Source: Dictyostelium discoideum (Eukaryota). From it: 64,000 bases of DNA. The position numbers were made by a program, and so were the translations under genes. Location: contig CM000155.2 in the NCBI GenBank assembly GCA_000004695.1, forward strand, positions 1,056,001-1,120,000. Reading direction: 5' to 3'. Shown piece after piece: positions 54,812 through 64,000 of the stretch (positions within the stretch are counted from its first letter, which is position 1; every line of letters begins with the position of its first letter). The notes under the pieces are model-generated. The model saw only the letters and a program-made list of their open reading frames with translations. It made no database searches and was not told the DNA's origin.

Positions 54812-56768
54812 TATTGGTTCAAGTGCAAATACTGGTGGTAGTGGTAATAGTTTAATTAATCAAAGTCAATTTGAATTTACTCAATGGAGATCATTCTTTT
54901 TATTGACAAGTTCATATTTAAATTGTAAAGATTTACAATTTGAATCTGTTAATCCAGCAAAAGCAGTATTTATTAAAACTAGATGTGGTGATGTTAGAAT
55001 TGAAATGGCAAGAGTATTTGAAAGAGTTTGGGCAACAGTACCAATTAAAGAAAGATCAACCTTTATACCAGTGCTAATTGGACCAATTGTAAAATTATCA
55101 ATTAGTGATACTATGGATGCAAAACGTGTAGCAACTAAAATCTTTTATGATATGTTAGAGAGTGAAATCATTCAAACCAATGGTTACACTGATTTATTCT
55201 ATCATACTATCGATTCATTATTGGAGATTTCAACTGAACGTTTGAATAGAAAAGGTTGGCCAATAGTTTGTCGTAGTGTAGATGGTAAGCTACCATTTAC
55301 CCTAAGATCATTCTCAACCTTTTTCAATGTTAAATGTATGTCTTTGGTTTTAAATAAATCAACCGATGCTATCAAGACCAAATCAGAACAATTCATTCAT
55401 GATATCAACCATTTCCTTTATTTAATCACCTCCTTTATGAATGATGTAAAGAGTGGCGATGAAGAAGAGATCTTTTCATCAGTTTCAAAATTATTATATT
55501 ATCTTCAAGAACATAAACGTACCGCTCATTTCATTAGATTCGTTCATATGACAAGTAGAAGACATTACGAAATGGGTAACTATATTGAGGCGGCCGTGAC
55601 TCTTATGTTACATGCTTCACTCTACCAATGGGATGCCAATAAAGTAATTGCTCAAACTGCCTCAGAATATGGTTCTTTCCCTGAACAAAAAGAATCTGAA
55701 CGTAAAGAATTACTCTATAAGGAGATATTGTTATGTTTTAATAATGGTAAGGCATGGGATAGAGCAATTCCATTGGTTAAAGAGTTGGTTCATCATTTCA
55801 CTATGAACATTTGTGATATGAACTCCGCTGCTACTTATCTTCGTCAACAAGGTGCTTTCTATCAAAAAATCAATGAATCTGCCGATCCAGTTTTCGAGGA
55901 TTATTTCAGAGTAGGTTATTATGGTAAAGGTTTCCCAAGTTCAATTCAAAATAAAGAATTCATCTACAAGGGTAATCAATTTGATCGTTTATCTGATTTC
56001 ATTTCAAAGATTCAAGATAAATGGCCAAAATCTGAGCTACTTAAAACCACTGAGGTTCCTTCTCAACAAATTCAAGATTCCGATGGTCAATATCTTTTAA
56101 TCACCTCTGTAAACATTTCAAACATTGGTGAAACACAAAAACGTCATGATAGTGCAAACGCTGAATCTATCACCAACAAGAAACGTGTACCACATCGTGT
56201 TCAACAATTTAATGCTCGTAATAAGGTCAATGTCTTTGTTTATAGTAAACCTTTCAAAAAGAATGCCACTGCCACTAAATCTCAAAATGAATTTGAAGAT
56301 CTTTGGGTAATGAACCTATACTTTGTTTGTGAAAATTCTTTCCCTTGTACAGAACGTCGTTGTTTAATCGTCGAACGTAAACAAGTTGAAATCTCACCCA
56401 TTGAAAATGCCCTCAACTCAATCGTTCAAAAGAATGATGAATTGGCCGCTAGAATCGATAGACATCAAGCAAACACTCAAGAATCCATTAGTCCTTTAAC
56501 AATGTTATTAAATGGTATTATCGATGCCTCTGTAAATGGTGGTGTTAGTCGTTACGAAACCTTTATGAGTGAAGATTATCTCAAACAAAATCCAGAATAT
56601 AAAAATATTGCTGAACTCTTAAAATCTGCTCTTGATCAACAGTTAGTTATTGTTGAACAAGGCTTAAAACTTCATTCTCAATTACGTCCACCTGAAATGG
56701 CTGCTATGCAAGATAAATTAGAAACTTTCTTTATAACAATGAAAAATTCAAGACAAAAATTAAATTAA
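49862..56768 (+). CDS. DOCK-family Rac/Cdc42 guanine-nucleotide exchange factor of the DOCK180-like subfamily (N-terminal SH3, DHR-1, DHR-2), ~2221 aa, three exons: join(49862..49952,50068..50299,50426..56768)
   Basis: Exons 1-3 MASVSSSSSRLSVSTPRKLDEWTNVTKTGI-(G|gtatgt)-VLFPFNATHKFQLPLSVGDFVQIHAQTSQEQIGWYSGVSVTTQESGIFPQSFVVILPEQTD... form an SH3 domain (compare DOCK180 ...[35 protein letters not shown]). IVNEITSTIVEWATLLKIY matches DOCK180 LIQEVTTTLREWSTIWRQLY. The C-terminal DHR-2 segment FEDYFRVGYYGKGFPSSIQNKEFIYKG...DLWVMNLYFVCENSFPCTERRC matches the conserved catalytic DOCK segment (YFRVGFYGKKFP...). The three-exon sum is 6666 nt, which is in frame. Confidence 0.88.
54259..54330. repeat. 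(ACY)n codon repeat encoding a ~25-residue poly-Thr tract inside the DOCK gene
   Basis: Direct reading: ...[29 protein letters not shown]... Confidence 0.85.
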
Positions 56769-57166
56769 TTTAAAATAAAAAAAAAAATAAAAATAAAATA
56801 AAAAAAATATATTTATATAAAATAAAAATAATAATGATATTATCAAGTTTTAAAATCATTATATTGTAATAAACCCCTTTAACCATTTTCTTATTTTGGA
56901 TATTTCCAGATTTGGAAATTTTCTTTTTGGCTATTGGATTTTACTTAAAATAGTAAATTATTTTATTTTTTTTTTCAAATAATTCAAAAAATTGAAAAAT
57001 GATTGAGTACAAATAGAAAGTTTTGAAAAAAAAAAAAAAAAAAAAAATCATTTATATAAATGTAAAAAAAAAAATAACAAATAGAATAAAAATCTAACTC
57101 CAACAATTAAAAAGGTTTAGATTATAGTTGATTGATAGTTTAAAATATAAAAAAAAGGTAAATCCA

Positions 57167-57197
<31 letters not shown>

Positions 57198-57785
57198 AAA
57201 TATCAATTTAAATCTACCTTTAATATTATATTTTATAGAGTAATTTTATCAAATAAAAATGGTTAAAATTCAATTATAATTTAGATAATATAATATAATA
57301 CATGAATCACTACCAATCGAATGATAGAGAAAGGAAAGATTTATCTATGCACTATATCATAAAGAAAGGTTGATCATCATCATCATCATATAAATATTAT
57401 TTTCTAAACAAAAAAAATGAATCAATTTTAATCAAATGTCGAGAAAGGAAAGATTTATCTATCCACTATGTCATTTTGAAAAGAAGTTGATATCATTTAT
57501 AAATAAATAATTAGAAATCAAATAAAACTATAAATAAAATAAAACCCATAATAAAATTAAAAAGATTTAATATAAAAAATTAAAATATTTTTTTTTTTTA
57601 AATTCCTTTTTGATTTTATTATTAAAAAAAAATTAAAATTATACAAATGTTTTCCCCTGAATTTTTTTTTTTCTTTGAATTAATTAATTGTTTTGGAAAA
57701 AAAAAAAAAAGTTTTTTAAATTTTGGAATAAGAAAATCGTTTTTTTTTTTTTTTATTTTTATTTTTAATTTTTTTTTTTTTCGCA

Positions 57786-58708
57786 ATGAGTATTGTTGTA
57801 AGTGTTTTATTATTATTGTTGTTTTTATTTTTTTTCTTGACATACTAACTATTCATTTAATAGATAGCAGGTAGATTTGATCTTGTAAATAAAAAACTTG
57901 ATTCAGTTACAGATAAAAGTTTAGAAACAGCTATAAATGAATATGATTATTCAAAAGATAATAATGAAAATAAAGATTTAAAATTTTATCATGTAAATAT
58001 TTTTAAATATAGTTTATTGTAATCTTAAAATGTTTATAAAATATTAATAATAATAATAATAATAAATTGAAATACACCTTAGATGTTAGACATAGGTGGT
58101 AATATGATCACTTCAATTTCATTAAATTCAATTTCAAAATATTTCTTTCACATCACAGAATTATATTTAATAAATAATGAATTTAAAGAAGTACCAGAAG
58201 AAATCCATAGTTTAGTAAATTTAAAGAAATTATATTTTTCAAAAAATAAATTAACAAAGGTAAAAAAATAAAAAAATAAAAGGAAACACATATTGTCAAT
58301 TATCAATTTACTAATTTTTAAATTCATACATACATTAATATAAAGATTAGTAACATTGATAAATTAGTGAATTTAGAAGTAATTGATTTTAGGGCAAATA
58401 GAATAACAAATTTATCTGGTATTGAAAATAATTTAAATTTAATTAGGTAAATAATTACATTTTTATTTTATTTTTTTCTTATTTTTTTATATATTTATAC
58501 AATTAACTAATAAAGTTTTATATTAAATATATATATATAAATATATAAATATAGTATTTCAGTGTCTAATAATTTGGTTAATAATATTGACTCAATACCA
58601 AAATTATTAAATTTACATTCATTATTTTTATTTTCATCTCATATTCCAAATTTAGAATCTTTTTTAAATATTTTATCAACAAGATGTCCAAATATGAAAA
58701 GTTATTAA
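57786..58708 (+). CDS. Small leucine-rich-repeat (LRR) protein, ~190 aa as encoded, five exons: join(57786..57797,57864..57992,58083..58259,58346..58446,58555..58708); its LRRcap-like tail is out of frame (see findings)
   Basis: MSIV|gtaagt; IAGRFDLVNKKLDSVTDKSLETAINEYDYSKDNNENKDLKFYH|gtaaat; MLDIGGNMITSISLNSISKYFFHITELYLINNEFKEVPEEIHSLVNLKKLYFSKNKLTK|gtaaaa; ISNIDKLVNLEVIDFRANRITNLSGIENNLNLI(R/S)|gtaaat; ISVSNNLVNNIDSIPKLLNLHSLFLFSSHIPNLESFLNILSTRCPNMKSY*. The LxxLxLxxNxI periodicity is clear; splice phases are consistent. Confidence 0.5.
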
Positions 58709-59546
58709 TTGACTCTAGTACTATGATAAATGAGTCAAATAGATCAATTTATAAAAATTTAGTTAAACAAGCATTACCAAAAATAAAATTATTAGATTAT
58801 ACAAAGATGTGTTGTAATAGAGATAAAAAATAAAAAAATAGAAAATAAAATAATAAATGAGTATTTATTTTATTTATTTATTTATTTATTTGTTTATTTA
58901 TTTATTTATTTATTTTATTGGAATGGAAAACATTAATCATTTAACAATTATTTTTTTATTTTTTTATTTTTATTTTTATTTTTTTTTTTCATGATTTTTT
59001 TTTTTTTTTTAATTTTTTTTTAATTTTTATTTTTTTAACTTTTATTTTATTTTATTTTTTTTTTTTTTTTTTTTTATTTTTTGGCAATTGTTTATTTTCT
59101 ATCAAAAGAATTTTGTGTACCGTTTTTTAAATAAATCTTGAAATATTCTATATATAGATATTAAGAGATTTAAACCAAAGATAGGTAAAAGGATTTTTGG
59201 AAATTCAAATAAAAAAGTTACTATAATAATAAAACTCCACAAATATATAGTCATTCATTTTTTAAAAATTTAGGGTTAGTGAATACCTTAAAAATGCAAG
59301 AAAGATTCTATAATAAAAATAATAATAATAATAATAATAATAACTATAATAATAATTATCATAACAACTATAAATATAATTATCATTATTAAAAATAAAA
59401 TTTAAAATAATTAAATAAAACAAAAAAAACACATACATACATAGAAATATATAAACGATTATACAATACCTACCAAAATAAATATAAAAAATAAAATAAT
59501 TAATAATAATAATTAATAATTGATAATTGACAATAATAATAATAAA

Positions 59547-60036
59547 ATGACATATAATAATAATAATAATTATTTAGCACCTCCATTAATGACATCAACC
59601 TCTACCTCAACATCAACATCAACGCCAACCTCAACTAAAACATCACCATTGAATACATCATCTTCATCAAATATTCTAAAGAGTAATTCAAGAAATCCAT
59701 CACCAAACAATCCAACCAATATAGGTAATAGTAGTGGTGGTGGTGGTGTTAGTAGTAATAATAGTAATAACATAGTTTATAGTAATAGTAATAATATAAA
59801 TACATCAACATTTCACTATAATTTCAATGTTAAATTCAATGAAATTGTTAATTCCATTGCAGTGAACAGAGCGGGTACACTTGTTTGTTTAGGTGGAAAA
59901 AAGTCATTACAAGTAGTTGATTTGGAATTATTAAAAAGTGTTAGAAATATACCACAACAAAGTAAATGGGAAGTTGGTGTAGTTGATTGGAATAGTCAAT
60001 CACCAAATTTAGTTGCTTCATCTGTATGTTTATTTA

Positions 60037-60092
<56 letters not shown>

Positions 60093-61730
60093 CACAAATA
60101 TTATTATTATTATTAGTCAAATCAAGATACATTTATATGGGATATTGAAAATCCAAAGTATCCATTACTTGGACAATTTTCATCACATCAACGTGCAATC
60201 TCAGATTTATCATGGAGTTTATTCGATAATAATATATTGGCGACTACTAGTGCCGATTCATTTGTAAATATTTGGGATTTAAGAACACCAAAGAAAGCAG
60301 TAAAATTTAAATCTTTAAAATCTCATATTCTTGGTGCAATTCAAGTTAAATGGAATAGATTCAATAGTAATGTTTTAGCTTCTGCTCATGAAAGTTATTT
60401 AATGATTTGGGATATTAGAGTATGTTTTTCTTGTTATTTTATATATTAATAACAATATATTGTTTGTTTACTAATTTTTAATTAATTTATATGTATTATA
60501 TATATATATGTATAGAAAGATTCACAAGAATTAAATACAGCAGTACATTCAGCAAAAGTTTATGGTATTGATTGGTCACATAGGGATGAGAAAGAGATAT
60601 TGACATGTAGTCAAGATAAGACTGTAAAAATATGGAATTATCCATCACCAAAACCAAAATCAACAATTATAACCTCCAATCCAATATTGAGAGCAAAATA
60701 TTTACCACTTGGTAGTGGTGGTATTGTGACAATATCAGATCGTGGTGAAAATCATATTAGACTATGGGATAGTGCAACTAGTGATTATTCAACTCCTGTT
60801 GAAACTTTCATTGGTCATACTGATAATGTTCGTTCATTCGATTTCAGAGTTAGATCCTCTCAAAATGATAATGATATTCAAATAGTATCTTGGTCAAAAG
60901 ATCAATATTTACGTCTTTGGAAATTAGATGATCATTTAAAAGATTTATTTAATATTGAATATATACCATTTACACCATTAAATTTACCAACAACAACAAC
61001 AACTACAACCACCGCAACCACTACAACAACAAATAATTCTACAAGCGAAATGTTAAATGAATCAACTGATAATAATAATAATACAAATAGTTTAAATAGT
61101 TCAACATTATTATCAACACCAAATTTAGAAAGTAGTATTAATAGTTTAAATATGGAATTAACTATTGAACAACAACAACTTGATGATTCAAATACACCAA
61201 AAGATTTAGAATATGAATTAAAAATTATACAAAGTAAAGTAATTGATAAATATTTAAAGATTGAACAAGTCAATTTATTTAAAAGGACTTGCGTTGTAAT
61301 TTGTACAATTCCAAATAATTATCAACCAGATGATGATAATAATAATAATAATTTAAATAATTTAAATAATAATAATAATACCCAAGATAATATTGATAAC
61401 AATGATGATAATAATAATAATGAATTAATTGATTCAACAACTGTACAAATTAGATTTTCATTTCCATCACTTTATCCAAGTACATATCCAAATTTAGAAT
61501 TTATACCACATGCTTGTACAACACCATTGAAAACTAATTTATTAATTAAATCAACTTTAAATGAATTATGTGCATTCAAATCATCACAATCTAAAAATTG
61601 TTTTGAACAATGTTTAATTGAATTGGTTAAATTGGTTAAACAATATATTTTAGATGAAAAACCAAAAAATACTTCAATTAATATAACCGAAACTAATAAT
61701 AATAATAATAACCATAATAATTCTGTACAA

Positions 61731-61776
<46 letters not shown>

Positions 61777-63535
61777 GTGGTGGTGGATTTTTAAAGAATG
61801 TATTTTCAAAATCGTCAAAAGCGGTTGAAGTTGTTAAACAACCATTTATAAATTTAAGAAATTCAAGTGGAAGAATTGATATTAGTCAACAACAACAACA
61901 GCAACAGCAACAACAAGCAGCAACAACATCTACATCATCATCATCATCGAGTAGTTCTAACACCCAACAACAACAACAATTTTTAACAGCAACAGTATCA
62001 AATAAAGGTGGTACAGTTTTATCAAAATCACCAACATCTCCAAGAATGTTTGAACAATATAGACCTGGTAAAACTAATAAAACAAATGAAATTATATTTT
62101 TAAATAATTATAAAGATTCAAATGAAGAACAATTACCACTTTCTCCAATTTTAACAAATTTAAATAATAATAGTAATAATAATAGTGGTAGTGGTGGTGG
62201 TGGTAGTAGTAATATGAATGCATCAATAACAACATCAACCACTACAAATGATCAAGTATCATTATCAGTTCATAGAAATTCCTATAGAATTCAAGAGAAT
62301 TATCCATGTCCAAGATTATGTGGTGCTGTTTTTGGTGGTTGTGGTAAATTAATAGTTTTTAGAAATACAATTATAACAAATATTCCAAATAATAATAAAA
62401 ATAGCGACAATAGCAATAATAATAATAGTAGTAGTAGTAATAAAAATAGTGACAATAGTAATAATAGTAATAATAATAGTAATAATACCAATAGTAGTAG
62501 TAGTAGTAATAATGGTGGTATAGCAAATGTTGGTGGTGGATCATCATCTACTTCATCACTCATTCATCACCATCTTCAACATCTTCATCTTAATCAACCT
62601 CAATTAAATTTATTATCTTTATCATTATCCTCATCTTCTTCATCAATTTCTGATACAACAAATAATACTTCAAATACAACACAAAATATACAAAATACAA
62701 CTAAAAATATTAATCCACCAAGAACATACAAAGAATTATTAAATATTTTATCAACAACAAATAATACAATTAAAAATAATATTACTGGCAATAATAATAT
62801 TAATAGTAATAGTAATACAACAAATAATTTAACTTCACCAAATCCAAATAGATTAAATCGTTTAAATGAAAAACAACCATATTCCTCTTCTCCTTTTAAT
62901 GATAACCCTTTAATTGTAAGTATTTATTATTTATTATTTATTGGATTTTTTTTTTTATGGAAAAATCCTTAAGATATAAATATATTTTTTATTTTTTATT
63001 TTTTTTTTTTTTATTAAAAATATCCTAAAGATATTTAAAATTTTTTTTTTTTTATTTTTTATTTTTTTTTTTTTTTTATTAAAAATATATAATTTTTTTT
63101 TTTTCCAGTTATAATAATTTTTATTTTTTTTTTTTATTATTATAATAATTACTAATATCCACTTTTTTTTTTTATTTTTTTTTTCAATTGTTTTTTATTT
63201 TTTATTTTTATTTTTTTTTTTTTTTTTTTATTAACAATAGAATGATTATAAAAATAATATTTTTGGGACACCATCAACAAGCCATTCATTTTTAGCATCA
63301 CCACAACCATCATCACCAATTTCATTTATGAATCACATTGATACTTTATTAGATGACAGTGAAAATAATTTAATGACAATGGATAATAATAATAACAATA
63401 ATATTGTAAATGATGAAGAAACTCAACAACTAGTAACTTCATCTTCACCAACTTTTTCCAAGTCATCATTAAATAATATTAATAATACAACAAACAATTC
63501 AAATAATAATAGTTCTAATAGTAATAATAATAGTA

Positions 63536-63577
<42 letters not shown>

Positions 63578-64000
63578 TTAATAACAATAACGATAATAAT
63601 AATGGCAATGGTAAATCCTTACAAAAAACTATGAAAATAATTGATATATCAACATTATCATTATTAAATGTAAATTTAGCAAATTCATATATGTATGTAT
63701 ACTTTTTTTTTTTTTTTTTTTTTTTTTAATAAAATGGGATATTGATATTTCATATTTTTTTATAGTTTATCAGGTAAACCAGTTGAAGAAATTTGTAAAT
63801 ATAATTCAGAATTAGCAGAGAAAGAAAACAGAAAAGATTTAGTTAAACTTTGGAATACACTTGGAATGATAACAGATTCAAAGTTATATCTTAAACAATT
63901 GATAAATCAACAACAACAACAATCACATTTTGGATTTAGTGGTAGTTCAGGTAGTACAGGAATGGGTGGAAGTAGTAGTACTGGTATTGCATCAAGTACT
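59547..64000 (+). CDS. WDR59 homologue (GATOR2/SEA complex subunit: WD40 + RWD + C-terminal zinc-finger region), 3'-partial, >1100 aa, five or more exons: join(59547..60023,60117..60419,60516..62915,63241..63692,63766..>64000)
   Basis: RNIPQQSKWEVGVVDWNSQ vs human WDR59 RKISRQSKWDIGAVQWNPH. ILATTSADSFVNIWDLRTPKK, LMIWDIRKDS, and KTVKIWNYPSPKPKSTIITSNPILRAKYLPLGSGGIVTI (human NSVKFWDYRQPRKYLNILPCQVPVWKARYTPFSNGLVTV). RWD-like segment TVQIRFSFPSLYPSTYPNLEFI. CGAVFGGCGKLIVFRN (human CGAGYLVYF). The last exon SYILSGKPVEEICKYNSELAEKENRKDLVKLW matches human LGELYILNVNDIQETCQKNAASALLVGRKDLVQVW. The gene runs off the end of the window. Confidence 0.85.

Noticed and set aside
50843-55396. Antisense ORFs inside the DOCK gene (50843..51142, 50926..51195, 51277..51777, 52307..52513, 53978..54319, 55202..55396)
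   Set aside because: They are opposite-strand artefacts of the Ser/Gln/Thr-rich low-complexity coding sequence and show no independent signals.
58700-58717. An 18-nt GT...AG mini-intron (gttattaattgactctag) that would restore the frame of the LRR gene tail
   Set aside because: It is far shorter than any functional Dictyostelium intron, so the frame restoration is most likely coincidental. A homopolymer indel is the simpler explanation.
63771-63780. GTAAAC at 63773 inside the last WDR59 exon as a possible donor
   Set aside because: Reading through gives sequence that aligns with human WDR59 (YILSGKPVEEICKYNSELAEKENRKDLVKLW vs YILNVNDIQETCQKNAASALLVGRKDLVQVW), so the exon continues.

Overview
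This 64-kb window is ~78-80% A+T nuclear DNA with the hallmarks of a dictyostelid social amoeba (Dictyostelium discoideum-like). Those hallmarks are codon-level (AAT)n/(CAA)n/(ACN)n microsatellites that encode poly-Asn, poly-Gln and poly-Thr; short A/T-only introns bounded by GTAAGT/GTATGT...AG; long oligo(dA/dT) intergenic tracts; and a tRNA gene flanked by atypical, less AT-rich sequence. It is eukaryotic, so I found no prokaryotic operon, CRISPR array or defence island. By splicing the six-frame ORFs by hand I can support about 19 protein-coding genes and one tRNA, listed below. Exon boundaries were placed by hand and should be treated as accurate to within a few nucleotides. The items most worth following up are: (1) a P450 followed by two head-to-head half-size ABCA transporters that share a 444-bp divergent promoter; (2) a tRNA-Ser(UGA) embedded in ~2.3 kb of ORF-poor, GT-rich sequence that looks like tRNA-targeted retroelement (TRE) remnants; (3) a sec13 gene whose first exon is only the ATG codon; (4) a small LRR gene whose conserved C-terminal tail is out of frame by one base at an A4 homopolymer; (5) a 4.6-kb gene-free AT desert containing islands of complex sequence.
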